Origin: Lacunisphaera sp.
GTDB lineage: Bacteria > Verrucomicrobiota > Verrucomicrobiia > Opitutales > Opitutaceae
Assembly: GCA_039807025.1 (NCBI GenBank)
Contig: JBDHQK010000001.1
Span: forward strand, 1,418 to 65,417
Reading direction: 5' to 3'
Length of the DNA stretch: 64,000 nt
The position numbers and the translations under genes are program-made. Under the pieces are notes generated by a model. The model saw only the letters and a list, made by a program, of their open reading frames with translations. It had not been told where the DNA came from and searched no databases. Below are positions 51,313 to 61,200 of the stretch, piece after piece (the first letter of the stretch is position 1; each line of letters starts with the position of its first letter).

Positions 51313-52449
51313 TTATGACTTGGCGGCGTGCGCCCGCGCGGCGGCCAGGCATTTCGCCCATTCCGCTGCTTGCCCGCAGGCCAGCCGGGCTGCCGCCCGC
51401 GAACTGAGCGCACCGACGATGTTCCCCGTGCCGTTGTAGGCGCCGACGGCCCAGAGCTTGTCGCGCACCTGTTCCAGCACAGGCAGTCCGTCGGCCGTGT
51501 AGGCCACCGAAGCCGCCCAACGATGCGTCACCGGGGCGCGCACCTTGAGGTGTTCACGCAGGAAGCGCTCGAGCAGGGCTTGGATTTTCTCCGTCGGCCC
51601 GGCCGCATGCGTCCACTCCGCGTCGCCGCCGTGGTCGCGGAAACCGCCGAGCGCGACGCTGCTGTCGGGCAGTTGCTGCCAGTATTCGTAGCCGTGCCGC
51701 CAGTAAACCGGACGCGGGAAACTCACCTCGGGCGCGGGCGCCGTCGCCAGCATCTGTAACCGCGCGGTGCGGACGCGCGGACGGAGCTCGGGCAGGATTT
51801 CTTCCAGCCGCCCATCCACCGCCACGATCACCGTGTCGCAAAAAACGGTGCCCCGGTCGGTCACGACCGAGCCGGGCACGATCTTCCGCACCGGTGAGTT
51901 CTCGTATAGCAGGACGTCGCGCTGCCGCAATTTTCGCGCGAGGGTCCGCACCCGGTGCAGGGGCTGCATGACGCCATCCGTCGGCAAGAGGATGCCCTCC
52001 CCCTCCGGCCCCGCGTAGGGCTCAGCCGCGAACCCGCAATAGCGCAGCGCCGCGAGATGCTTCTGGCAGTCCGCGCGCTCGGCGGCATCGGCCGCCAGCC
52101 GCAGCGATCCGGTGAGCCGGATGATCTCCGGCATCTCCGCCGCCTGCCGCTGGATTTCCCCGGCGGTCAGCCGGTAGAGCGCGCTGGCCGCCACCTCGCC
52201 GAACTGCACGACCGTCTCGTTGAAAAACCGGGCCAGCCCGGCGAGCACGAAACCCCCGTTGCGCCCCGCCGCCCCGGCTCCCACCGCGCCGGCCTCGAGA
52301 CCGACGGCGCTGACGCCCAGCGCGCCGAGTTCCTCCATCGCCGCCAGGCCGGAGCCGCCCAGCCCGATGACGCACACATCGGCCCGCGCGGGTCCCTCGA
52401 GCCGCGGCAACGGCCGCCAGTCACGGTCTTCCCAAATGGGGAGATTCAT
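51313..52449 (-). CDS. FAD-dependent oxidoreductase (DadA/PuuB-like)
   Basis: DVCVIGLGGSG, GAAGRNGG, YTADGLP, GAYNGTG. Confidence 0.88.
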   Translation of the reverse strand: MNLPIWEDRDWRPLPRLEGPARADVCVIGLGGSGLAAMEELGALGVSAVGLEAGAVGAGAAGRNGGFVLAGLARFFNETVVQFGEVAASALYRLTAGEIQRQAAEMPEIIRLTGSLRLAADAAERADCQKHLAALRYCGFAAEPYAGPEGEGILLPTDGVMQPLHRVRTLARKLRQRDVLLYENSPVRKIVPGSVVTDRGTVFCDTVIVAVDGRLEEILPELRPRVRTARLQMLATAPAPEVSFPRPVYWRHGYEYWQQLPDSSVALGGFRDHGGDAEWTHAAGPTEKIQALLERFLREHLKVRAPVTHRWAASVAYTADGLPVLEQVRDKLWAVGAYNGTGNIVGALSSRAAARLACGQAAEWAKCLAAARAHAAKS

Positions 52450-52544
52450 CGCCCTCGTATGCCCCGACCGGTCCCGCGGGGCAAGAGTGTGCAAGCACGG
52501 TTGACGCCCGGCGGCCGCCGCGCCTTGCTGCGCCCCATCACCTC

Positions 52545-53378
52545 ATGAAGCCGCTTTATGATTTCAGCCGCCTGTCCGTAGACCGCACCGTCGATCCGCA
52601 CGACACCATGCAGGCGACCGAAGATCCGGAGCAGTATTTCGATCTCGGCCGCCGCGCCCTGGAGCTGATCCACTTTTCCTCCGAGTTGTGCGACAAGCCG
52701 CACTATCCCGCCATCCTCGACCTGCCCTGCGGCCACGGCCGGGTGTTGCGCTGGCTGCGCACCCATTATCCCTACGCCAGCCTCACCGCCTGTGACCTCG
52801 ATCGCGGCGGCGTCGATTTCTGCGCGCGGCAGTTCGGGGCCGCGCCGGTGTATTCGCAGGCCGACCTCCGCCAACTGCCCTTCACGGCGCAGTTCGACCT
52901 CATCTGGGTTGGCTCGCTCGTCACGCACCTGCGGCAGGACCGCTGGCTCGCCACCCTGGATTGCCTTGTGAAATGGACCAAGGAGTGCGGCGTCATCGTC
53001 CTTACCACCCAGGGCCGCTCGGTCTCCAGCCTGCTGGCCCGCGGCCGGCGCAACATCGCCGAGAACATCGACAAGGCTGCCCTGCTCGAGGAATACGCCC
53101 GCACCGGCTTCGCCTACCAACGCTACTTCGAGAGCAATGCCGAGGAGGACTACGGCCTCACCCTCAGCTCCCCCGAGTGGGTCCTGCGCACCTTGCAGCG
53201 CTACCCTGACATCATCGTGCGCGCCTACCTGGAGGAGGCCTGGGGCATGCAGGATGTCATTATCCTCTACAAGAAGGCCGGCCACTTCGAGCCGCTGCTC
53301 GGCGTGCCGGAGCTGAATGCGACCACCGCCGAAGCGACCCCCTCGGGCGGCCTGCTCGGCCGGCTGTTCGGACGCTGA
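52545..53378 (+). CDS. Class I SAM-dependent methyltransferase
   Basis: ILDLPCGHGR, ACDLD, FDLIWVGSLVTHL. Confidence 0.85.
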   Translation: MKPLYDFSRLSVDRTVDPHDTMQATEDPEQYFDLGRRALELIHFSSELCDKPHYPAILDLPCGHGRVLRWLRTHYPYASLTACDLDRGGVDFCARQFGAAPVYSQADLRQLPFTAQFDLIWVGSLVTHLRQDRWLATLDCLVKWTKECGVIVLTTQGRSVSSLLARGRRNIAENIDKAALLEEYARTGFAYQRYFESNAEEDYGLTLSSPEWVLRTLQRYPDIIVRAYLEEAWGMQDVIILYKKAGHFEPLLGVPELNATTAEATPSGGLLGRLFGR

Positions 53379-53384
53379 CCCGCC

Positions 53385-54146
53385 TTATCTCCGGCCGAAG
53401 AACTCCCAACAAAGCACTGCGGCCGCCGCCGAGACGTTGAGCGACTCGACCGTGGCCGCGCCAGGAATCTTCACGAGCCGGTCGCACTGCGCCATGACCT
53501 CCGGCGCCATGCCCCGCTCCTCGTTGCCGAGGATGATGGCCGGCGGCCGCGGGAGACCGCGCTCGCGAGCAGCGCTCGGCGAGAGCTGGTTGCCGCGCAG
53601 GCTCGTGCCGATGAGGCAATGGCTGCGCTTCAGCTCCGCGCAGAACGGCGCCAGCGCCGGCACGCGGTAGAAATCCACAAACTCCATGCCGCCCTCGGCC
53701 ACGCGCCAGGCCGCCTCGCCCGGCCGCGCCTGCCCGGGATGGTCGGCCACGATGATCGCCGGCACCCCGAAAAACGCCGCCGTGCGCACGATGGCGCCGA
53801 CGTTGTTCGCGTTGCTCACGCGGTCGAGCAGCAGCAGCGGGGCCTTGGACCGCGCCCATTCCGCCATCACCTCGCGCGTCACCTTCTTCAGCGGCCGCTC
53901 GGCGATGACCGCGACGATCCCGCCGTGCAGCTTCGAGCCGGCGATCTTGTCGAGCTCGGCCGGCTCCACCTGCCGGTAAACCCTCTTCCGCGCCGCCAGC
54001 AGCGAGCAGAACTCCCCCGCGCGCCGGCCCGTGGCCGCGTCGAAGAACAGCCGCTGCACCTCGTGCGGATGACGGGCAAACAGCGCCGACACCGCCTGCC
54101 AGCCGCAGACGTTCAGTTCCTTGGATTTGGGAGCGGAAGGCTTCAT
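53385..54146 (-). CDS. TrmH/SpoU family RNA 2'-O-methyltransferase
   Basis: LLDRVSNANNVGAIVRTA, ILGNEERG, IPG..VESLNVSAA. Confidence 0.92.
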   Translation of the reverse strand: MKPSAPKSKELNVCGWQAVSALFARHPHEVQRLFFDAATGRRAGEFCSLLAARKRVYRQVEPAELDKIAGSKLHGGIVAVIAERPLKKVTREVMAEWARSKAPLLLLDRVSNANNVGAIVRTAAFFGVPAIIVADHPGQARPGEAAWRVAEGGMEFVDFYRVPALAPFCAELKRSHCLIGTSLRGNQLSPSAARERGLPRPPAIILGNEERGMAPEVMAQCDRLVKIPGAATVESLNVSAAAAVLCWEFFGRR

Positions 54147-55141
54147 GAATTGGTTTCGCCGACCACCGTGAACTCCTCGCGGTCGTGATACAAGTGGCGG
54201 ATGCGGAGATTCGTGGCGTGCTTGGCGAAGGGCGAATCGGGGGCGCGGATCTCGCGCAGCAACGCGAGCGAGTCCACGTGACCGAATTTCAGGTTGATGA
54301 CGAAGCGCCGGCACCAGCGATGCGCCAGCCACGGACCGGCGATGTTCTGCATCACGTGGTGCGGCTCCTCCACCAGATCACAGAACAGCCAGTCATGGGT
54401 CACGCCGGGAGGAGGCGCGAATTTGAACGCATCCTCCAACCGGTGTTCGATCAACGGATGGTTGAGCGCTCCACCCTTGAGCGGGCCGTTGTCCACCGCG
54501 ATGACTTTCGCGCCGCGCTTCGCTGCGCTGTAACTCCAGCCCCCGGGCGCCGCGCCGAGGTCGACGACCGTCTCGCCCGCCCCCGGCTCGCGACCGAGCA
54601 CGATGTAGGCCTCCTCGACCTTCAGGTAGGAGCGCGACGGGGCCGCCTCGTCGTCGGCCATCCGACGCTGGCCGCCGAGCCAAGCCTCGCGCGCCGCGAA
54701 CACCCGGCCAAAATCCGCGAAAAACACGAACAGCCCGCGCACCCGGCCCGCCCCGCGCGGCAGATCCGGCGTGGCGAGCTTGGCGATGCGGCTTAGTTTC
54801 TTGCGCAACAACTCGTCGAACGCCTTCTCCACGCCGCTGGCGCGCCGGCCGAGGCCCACGACCTCCGGCACCGTTTGGAACACGCAGGGCCAGACCGCCT
54901 CGATCTTCTCGCCGCGCAGGCTTTCGAGGAAAAACTCCGCCAGCTGCGCCGCGAGCGCGTTGACCGACTCGCCCTTGAACTCGCGCGGCGCGGGCAGCAT
55001 CAGCGCCGGGAACGCCATGTCCGCGGTGCCGCCCTCGGCCGAGAAGACCCAACCCACGCCCTTCTCCATCACGGCCAAGCCCGCCTCCGTGAGCTCCCGC
55101 TCGAGGAGGGCTTCGTAGCCGTGTTGGCAAAGGGAAAGCAT
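54143..55141 (-). CDS. RlmM-like (FtsJ-fold) rRNA methyltransferase
   Basis: APSRSYLKVEEA, VDLGAAPGGWS, AVDNG, WLFCDLVE, INLKF, HLYHDREEFTV. Confidence 0.85.
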   Translation of the reverse strand: MLSLCQHGYEALLERELTEAGLAVMEKGVGWVFSAEGGTADMAFPALMLPAPREFKGESVNALAAQLAEFFLESLRGEKIEAVWPCVFQTVPEVVGLGRRASGVEKAFDELLRKKLSRIAKLATPDLPRGAGRVRGLFVFFADFGRVFAAREAWLGGQRRMADDEAAPSRSYLKVEEAYIVLGREPGAGETVVDLGAAPGGWSYSAAKRGAKVIAVDNGPLKGGALNHPLIEHRLEDAFKFAPPPGVTHDWLFCDLVEEPHHVMQNIAGPWLAHRWCRRFVINLKFGHVDSLALLREIRAPDSPFAKHATNLRIRHLYHDREEFTVVGETNS

Positions 55142-55228
55142 CCCGCAGCTTTATCGCCCCACCCGTAGCCGCCGCGATGAAAATCTCCGTGCATTTGGAG
55201 CCGGGGTTTGTTCACTGAGCCACCGCCC

Positions 55229-56296
55229 ATGCGCCTGCCCACCTCCGACCTCCGCATCAGCACCGCACGCCCGCTGCTCTCCCCCGCCATCCTGGAGGAG
55301 GATCTGCCGCTGCTCGAGGCCGGTGCCACGCTGGTCCAGACGGGCCGCCGGGCGGTGGGCGACATCCTTTTCGGCCGCGACGACCGACTGCTGGCGATCG
55401 TCGGCCCCTGCTCCATCCACGATCCGGCGGCGGCCCTCGACTACGCGAAAAAGCTGAAGCCCGTGGCCGACCGCCTCGCCCGCGACCTGCTCGTCGTGAT
55501 GCGCGTCTATTTCGAGAAACCCCGCACGACCATCGGCTGGAAGGGCCTGATCAACGACCCCCGCCTCGACGGCAGCTTCCAGGTCAACACCGGCCTGCGC
55601 CTCGCCCGCCGGCTGATGCTCGACATCAACGCCGCCGGCCTGCCCATCGGCACCGAGTTCCTCGACACCACGCTCGGCCAGTATTACGCCGACCTCGTCT
55701 CGTGGGCCGCGATCGGCGCGCGCACCGCCGAGAGCCAGATCCACCGCGAGCTCGCCTCCGGCCTCTCGATGCCCGTCGGCTTCAAGAACCGCACCGACGG
55801 CGACCTGCAGGTGGCGGTGGACGCCATCGTCTCCGCGCGCCACCCGCATTGCTTCCCCTCGCTCACCCGCGAGGGCGCCCCTGCCGTGCTCGGCACGACG
55901 GGCAACCCCGAGTGCCACCTCGTGCTCCGCGGCGGCAGCCGCACCGGGCCGAACTACGACGCCAAGCACATCACGCAGGCCGTCGGCCTCCTCCAAAAAG
56001 CCGCCGCCCTGCCCGCCGTGCTGGTTGACTGCAGCCACGGCAACAGCGGCAAGCAGCACGACCACCAGCCCCGGGTCGCCGCCGATCTCGCCGCGCAGGT
56101 CGCCGGCGGCGAGCGCGCGATCATCGGCGTCATGCTGGAGAGCCACCTCGTCGGCGGGGCACAAAAGCACGAGCCCGGCCGGCCGCTGACGCCCGGCCAA
56201 AGCATCACGGACGCCTGCCTGTCCTTCGACGAGACCGTGCCGGTGCTGGAAACGCTGGCGCAGGCCGCCGCCGCCCGCCGCCAGCGGACGGCCTGA
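55229..56296 (+). CDS. DAHP synthase, class I-alpha (AroG/AroH-type)
   Basis: VGPCSIHD, MRVYFEKPRTTIGWKGLINDP, AIGARTAESQIHR, VDCSHGNS, GQSITDAC. Confidence 0.95.
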   Translation: MRLPTSDLRISTARPLLSPAILEEDLPLLEAGATLVQTGRRAVGDILFGRDDRLLAIVGPCSIHDPAAALDYAKKLKPVADRLARDLLVVMRVYFEKPRTTIGWKGLINDPRLDGSFQVNTGLRLARRLMLDINAAGLPIGTEFLDTTLGQYYADLVSWAAIGARTAESQIHRELASGLSMPVGFKNRTDGDLQVAVDAIVSARHPHCFPSLTREGAPAVLGTTGNPECHLVLRGGSRTGPNYDAKHITQAVGLLQKAAALPAVLVDCSHGNSGKQHDHQPRVAADLAAQVAGGERAIIGVMLESHLVGGAQKHEPGRPLTPGQSITDACLSFDETVPVLETLAQAAAARRQRTA

Positions 56297-56356
56297 GGTT
56301 TTCCGGCCGCGATTCTCCTCGCCATGCCTGCCGGGCATTTTCAGAAATCACGGCGC

Positions 56357-57745
56357 ATGTCCCGCCGGTCACTCGTGCAACTGTCCCTCGCAGCCGTGGT
56401 CACCGGCGCCCTCACCCTCATGCTCGGTTGCGCCGGCTGCGCGACCAAGCCGCCCGCGAAAGCCCCGCCACCCCCGCCCGCCGTGGCTCCCTCCGCCCCG
56501 GTGCCTCCGCCCGAGAAGCTGCCGCCGGTCATGCTGGGCATCGACGTGCTCGAGGCTGAGGGCTTCAAGGCGATCGCCGGCAAAAAAATCGGCCTGCTCA
56601 CGCATCCCGCCGGCGTGAACCGCCGCGGCGAGAGCACGCTCACCGTCCTGCACCGCGCGCCACAGGCAAAGCTCGCCGCACTCTTCGCGCCCGAGCACGG
56701 CTTCGAGGGTGTGGTCAAAGCGGGGGAAAATTTCAAGGACACCACCGACCCGCGCACCGGCCTGCCCGTGTATGCGCTCTACGGCCAGGGCCGCGAGAAG
56801 GCCATGGCCATGATGAAGGGCCTCGATGCCCTCGTCATTGACCTGCAGGACATCGGCGCACGCTCCTACACCTACATTGTCATCATGCGCCGCGCGATGG
56901 AGGCGTGCTTTGCCAACGGCGTGGAAGTCATCGTGCTCGACCGGCCCAACCCGCTCGGCGGCCTGAAGGTTGACGGCCCGCCGCTCGACGAGGTGAACAT
57001 GAGCGGCGTCGGCGGCTATCCGCGCATGCCCTACGTGCACGGCCTGACCATCGGCGAGATTGCCCGGATGGCCAAGGAGGGTTCCATCGCGGTCGCCCGG
57101 CTGGATCTCCCCGAGAAAGTCCGCGCGCGAGGCCGGCTCACCGTCATCCCGATGCGCGGCTGGAACCGGGCGATGCGCTGGCCCGACACCGGCCTGCGCT
57201 GGATCGCGACCTCGCCCAACGTCCCCACCTTCGAGGCCGCCGTCGGCTACGCCATGGTCGGGCTCGGCACGCAGAACAGCAACTGGACCTGGGGCATCGG
57301 CAAGGATTTCCCGTTCCGGGGCATCGGCTACCCGAAGAAGTCCCCCGACGAGATCATCAAGGCGATGGAAGCGTGGAAAATCCCCGGTGTGGCCTTCGCC
57401 AAGCGCACCGGCACCGGCAGCGATGGCAAGCCGCTGACCGGCGTCTATGTCGAGGTCACCGACTGGGAGAAATGGAACCCCACCGAGCTCTCCTTATACA
57501 TGCACAAGCAGGCCGCCAAGTGGGAGCGGCTCAATCCCTTCAGCGCACTGACCGCGGCCGAGGAGCGTGCCTTCAAGATCCATGTCGGCTCCAACGCCTG
57601 GCTCGCCGAGCTGCAGCGCGCCGGCGGCCGGATCGACGTGCCTTCTTTCCTGAAAAACTGGGCCGCCCGTGCCGAGATCTACCAGCAGCAGACCCGGAAA
57701 TTCTGGCTCTATCCCTGGGGTGACACCGCCGTGACCCGGCGCTGA
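56357..57745 (+). CDS. DUF1343 exo-beta-N-acetylmuramidase NamZ-like, exported lipoprotein
   Basis: VMLGIDVL, LFAPEHG, DLQDIGARSYTY, VLDRPNPLGG, HGLTIGEIA, W..TSPN. Confidence 0.88.
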   Translation: MSRRSLVQLSLAAVVTGALTLMLGCAGCATKPPAKAPPPPPAVAPSAPVPPPEKLPPVMLGIDVLEAEGFKAIAGKKIGLLTHPAGVNRRGESTLTVLHRAPQAKLAALFAPEHGFEGVVKAGENFKDTTDPRTGLPVYALYGQGREKAMAMMKGLDALVIDLQDIGARSYTYIVIMRRAMEACFANGVEVIVLDRPNPLGGLKVDGPPLDEVNMSGVGGYPRMPYVHGLTIGEIARMAKEGSIAVARLDLPEKVRARGRLTVIPMRGWNRAMRWPDTGLRWIATSPNVPTFEAAVGYAMVGLGTQNSNWTWGIGKDFPFRGIGYPKKSPDEIIKAMEAWKIPGVAFAKRTGTGSDGKPLTGVYVEVTDWEKWNPTELSLYMHKQAAKWERLNPFSALTAAEERAFKIHVGSNAWLAELQRAGGRIDVPSFLKNWAARAEIYQQQTRKFWLYPWGDTAVTRR

Positions 57746-58369
57746 TTACTTCCCGCCGGCCCGGCTGTTCCGCTCCACCCAGGCGTGGTATTCGGCGCGG
57801 GGCATGAAGCGGAGCGACGCCGAGTTGATGCAGTAGCGCAGGCCGCCGGCCGCGCGCGGGCCGTCGTCAAACACGTGCCCGAGGTGCGCGCCGTCCACGT
57901 TGCTGTGCACCTCGACGCGCACCATGCCGTAACTGGTGTCCTTGGTCTCGCCGACCAGTGCCTGCTCGATCGGCTTGGTGAAGCTCGGCCAGCCCGTGCC
58001 GGAGTCGAACTTGTCGCGGCTGTCGAACAGCGGCGTGTCACTGCACACGGAGAAATAGACGCCGTCGGCGTGGTGATCCCAGTATTCGTTCTGGAACGGC
58101 GGCTCCGTGCCCTGCTGGCGGGCGACCTGAAACTGGCGCGGCGTGAGCAGCTTTTGCCACTCCGCGTCGGTGCGCCGCACCTTCGCCTTGCTCATGTCGA
58201 TGACGACGTTCGACGGCAGGCCGCAGGCGGAGATCTCGCCGGGCTGGCATTGCAGGGCATCCTTGGCGGCGGGCAGGTGGGTGGATTTCATCTTGTTGTC
58301 GGCGGCGGTGAGCCCGGCGGCCATCGCGACGGCCGTCAAAGTGGTGATCCAGAGTGACCGGGGCTTCAT
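57746..58369 (-). CDS. msrB: Peptide-methionine (R)-S-oxide reductase, exported
   Basis: [37 protein letters not shown]-terminal signal peptide. Confidence 0.95.
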   Translation of the reverse strand: MKPRSLWITTLTAVAMAAGLTAADNKMKSTHLPAAKDALQCQPGEISACGLPSNVVIDMSKAKVRRTDAEWQKLLTPRQFQVARQQGTEPPFQNEYWDHHADGVYFSVCSDTPLFDSRDKFDSGTGWPSFTKPIEQALVGETKDTSYGMVRVEVHSNVDGAHLGHVFDDGPRAAGGLRYCINSASLRFMPRAEYHAWVERNSRAGGK

Positions 58370-58436
58370 GGAAAAAAGAATGAGTCAAAAACGCGCTTTG
58401 GCAAACCCGCCTCCATAAGAGTCACCAATGCCCGCT

Positions 58437-59717
58437 CTATTCCGCCCGCACGCGCACCTGGCCGTCGTGGAACTCGTTGACCAGCGCCTGGCCGGGCTTG
58501 AGGCCCTTGGCGCGGGCGACCGGCTGGCCCGACTCGTCGCGCACGATGGCGTAGCCGCGCTTGAGCACCGAGGCCGGGCTCGCCGACTCCAGGCGCTTCC
58601 ACAGCGCGAGCAGGCGGTGGGACTCGAGTTGGACACGTTTCTCCGGCGAGGCAGACGCCAGGCGCAGCCGCGCCGCGCCGAGGGTTTCGCGCCGGCCTTG
58701 CACCGCGGAGCGCAGCGCCGCGCCGAGTCGGTTGCCCAGATCGTCGAGCCGCAGGTGGTTGGACTCGATGACCGCGGTCGGAGCCAGCAACCGCAGGCGG
58801 CTGCGCGCGTGGTCGAGTTTGCCGACGGCTCCGGCGAAGGCGTTTTCGAGTGCGGTCGCCATGCCGGCGGCGGCGTCCTGCAGGCGCTCGGTCGCGGCGA
58901 GATAGTGGCTGGAGATGAGCTCGGCCGCGCCGCTGGGCGTCTCGGCGCGCACATCCGCGGCGTAGTCGCACAGCGTGGTGTCGATCTCGTGGCCGACGGC
59001 CGAGATGATGGGCACGCCGCAGTCCGCGACGGCGCGCACCAGCGGCTCCTCGTTGAAGGCCCACAGGTCCTCGATGCTGCCGCCGCCGCGGCCGATGACG
59101 AGCAGGTCGAAGACATTCAGCGCCTCGGCGGTGCGCACCATGTCGGCCAGCTCGGCGGCGGCGCCCTCGCCCTGCACCTTGGCCGGGAGGATGACGAGCC
59201 GGCCGGTCCAGCCGCGCCGCGTGAGAATGCGGATGAAGTCCTGCGCCGCCGCGCCGGTGGGCGACGTGATGAAGCCCACCGTGCGCGGCAGGAGCGGCAG
59301 CGGCTGCTTGCGGGCGGCAGCGAAGAGCCCCTCGGCGGCGAGGCGCTGCTTGAGCTGCTCGAACTCCTGCCGGAGCCGGCCGGCGCCGTGGTCGATGAGC
59401 GCCCGCACCACCAGCTGATACTGGCCGCGCGCCTCATAGACGCTGACCTCGCCGTAGGCCAGCACCTGCAACCCGTCGCGCAGGGCCAGGCCCTGGCGCG
59501 CGGCGTCGCCGCGGAAAAGCACGCAGCCGAGCTGCGCGCCGGCATCCTTGAGGGAAAAATACACATGGCCGCTGGCCTGCGCGCGGAGGTTCGAGACTTC
59601 CCCCGCAACCCAGCAGGGAGCGAGGCCGCCCTCGAGCAGCTCCTTCACCCGGCGGGTGAACTCGGTGACGCCCTGCACCCGCCCGGCATCTCCGAGGGAG
59701 GTGTCGGCCGGTTTCAT
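58437..59717 (-). CDS. xseA: Exodeoxyribonuclease VII large subunit
   Basis: WVAGEVSN..SGHVYFSLKD, ITSPTGAA, RGGGSIEDLWAFNEE, SAVGHEID, TPSGAAE, LKRGY. Confidence 0.96.
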   Translation of the reverse strand: MKPADTSLGDAGRVQGVTEFTRRVKELLEGGLAPCWVAGEVSNLRAQASGHVYFSLKDAGAQLGCVLFRGDAARQGLALRDGLQVLAYGEVSVYEARGQYQLVVRALIDHGAGRLRQEFEQLKQRLAAEGLFAAARKQPLPLLPRTVGFITSPTGAAAQDFIRILTRRGWTGRLVILPAKVQGEGAAAELADMVRTAEALNVFDLLVIGRGGGSIEDLWAFNEEPLVRAVADCGVPIISAVGHEIDTTLCDYAADVRAETPSGAAELISSHYLAATERLQDAAAGMATALENAFAGAVGKLDHARSRLRLLAPTAVIESNHLRLDDLGNRLGAALRSAVQGRRETLGAARLRLASASPEKRVQLESHRLLALWKRLESASPASVLKRGYAIVRDESGQPVARAKGLKPGQALVNEFHDGQVRVRAE

Positions 59718-60391
59718 GCGCCCGGCTTCTTCCGCCCGTAGTGCTTCCGCACGAGGTGCGTGCCGACGGTGAGCGCCGCCAGGCCGCCCAGGCCGAGCAA
59801 CGCCAGCTTGCCCTTCCCGTGCAGCAGCGCGTCGCCGAAGAGGATGAAGGCCGTGTTGAACGACCACTGCACGGCGAAGGAGATCACCGCATACCTGACC
59901 ACCGGCACCTGCGCGAGGCCCAGCAGGTAATTCTGCACGGGAAACGGCACGCCCGGGGTGACGCGCAGCAGGATGATGAGGTCGCTGGCGTCGTCGGCCG
60001 CGACCGCGGGCAACTTGTAGCCCAGCCTGACCACCAGTTTCTCCAGCAACGGCCGGAACGCCCGGCGGGCGAGAAAATAGGAGAACAGGATGTTGAAGGA
60101 TATGGCCGCCAGCGCCAGACCGATGACCAGCGGCATGCCCAGGCTGGCCGCAAAGACCGACCCGGCCGTCAGGGAAAAGGGCGACAGCGGCACGCCGAAC
60201 GAGGGCAGCAGGGCCATCGCGCCGAAAAAGGCGACCGGCCCCGCGTCGCGGATCAGCGCCAGCCCCTGCGCCAGCAGCCCTTTCAGGTCGAGGCCGCGCG
60301 CCACGAGGGCGGCCACCACGAGCACCCCGACCCCCGCCGCGATCAACTTGAGCAGCAAGGGGCGGTTGGGACGCGGAGTGGATTCGGCCAT
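59714..60391 (-). CDS. TVP38/TMEM64 (DedA/VTT) membrane protein
   Basis: PLSPFSLTAGSVF, SYFLARR, LLRVTPGVPFPVQNYLLG. Confidence 0.88.
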   Translation of the reverse strand: MAESTPRPNRPLLLKLIAAGVGVLVVAALVARGLDLKGLLAQGLALIRDAGPVAFFGAMALLPSFGVPLSPFSLTAGSVFAASLGMPLVIGLALAAISFNILFSYFLARRAFRPLLEKLVVRLGYKLPAVAADDASDLIILLRVTPGVPFPVQNYLLGLAQVPVVRYAVISFAVQWSFNTAFILFGDALLHGKGKLALLGLGGLAALTVGTHLVRKHYGRKKPGA

Positions 60392-60495
60392 GGCGCACCA
60401 TGCCCGGGGCGCTTCGCCGCCGTCAAGGGCGGAGGCACCGGCTTGAAAAGGCTTTCCTAGCCCGGGACCGCCGCTAGCGTGACGGCCCCTGCTGC

Positions 60496-61185
60496 ATGAA
60501 GCTCTCGATCGTCATTCCCTGCTACAACGAGCGCAAAACCATCCGCACCATCGTGGACGCCGTGCGCGCCGCCCCGGTGGACGACAAGGAGATCATCATC
60601 GTGGATGACTGCTCGGCCGACGGCACCCGCGACCTCCTGCGCGCCGAGATCGAGCCGCTGGTGGCCCGCGTCATCTACCACGAGTTCAACCAGGGCAAGG
60701 GCGCGGCGCTGCGCACGGGCTTCGCCGCCGCGACGGGCGACGTCGTCATCGTGCAGGACGCCGACCTCGAATACGACCCGCAGGAATACCCGCGCCTGCT
60801 CAAGCCCGTGCTCGAAGGCAAGGCCGACGTGGTCTTCGGCTCGCGTTTCATGGGCGCCGAGGCGCACCGCGTCGTCTATTTCTGGCACATGGTGGGCAAC
60901 CGCTTCCTCACGCTGCTCTCGAACATGTTCACCAACCTCAACCTCACGGACATGGAGACCTGCTACAAGCTGTTCCGCCGCGAGATTCTCGCGCAGATCA
61001 CCATCCGGGAAAACCGGTTCGGCTTCGAGCCGGAGATCACGGCCAAGGTGGCGAAGCTGCCCGAGTGCCGCATCTACGAGGTGGGCATCAGCTACTACGG
61101 CCGCACCTACGCCGAGGGGAAGAAGATCGGCTGGCGCGACGGCTTCCGCGCCCTCTACGCCATCGTGAAATACAACCTCGGCTGA
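60496..61185 (+). CDS. GT2 glycosyltransferase (polyprenol-phosphate sugar synthase-like)
   Basis: [49 protein letters not shown]. Confidence 0.92.
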   Translation: MKLSIVIPCYNERKTIRTIVDAVRAAPVDDKEIIIVDDCSADGTRDLLRAEIEPLVARVIYHEFNQGKGAALRTGFAAATGDVVIVQDADLEYDPQEYPRLLKPVLEGKADVVFGSRFMGAEAHRVVYFWHMVGNRFLTLLSNMFTNLNLTDMETCYKLFRREILAQITIRENRFGFEPEITAKVAKLPECRIYEVGISYYGRTYAEGKKIGWRDGFRALYAIVKYNLG

Positions 61186-61200
61186 GCGGCCCGGCTCCGC

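Noticed and set aside
52545-53378. Methyltransferase as the N-methyl-bacillithiol enzyme NmbA
   Set aside because: More than 5 kb from bshA, separated by unrelated genes, with only generic SAM motifs
57746-58369. Selenocysteine or readthrough in msrB
   Set aside because: The catalytic residue is a normal Cys codon and there is no in-frame TGA
58437-60401. 654-aa ORF suggesting an N-terminally extended XseA
   Set aside because: The extension overlaps the DedA gene in another frame. The real start is ATG 59717, which overlaps the DedA stop.
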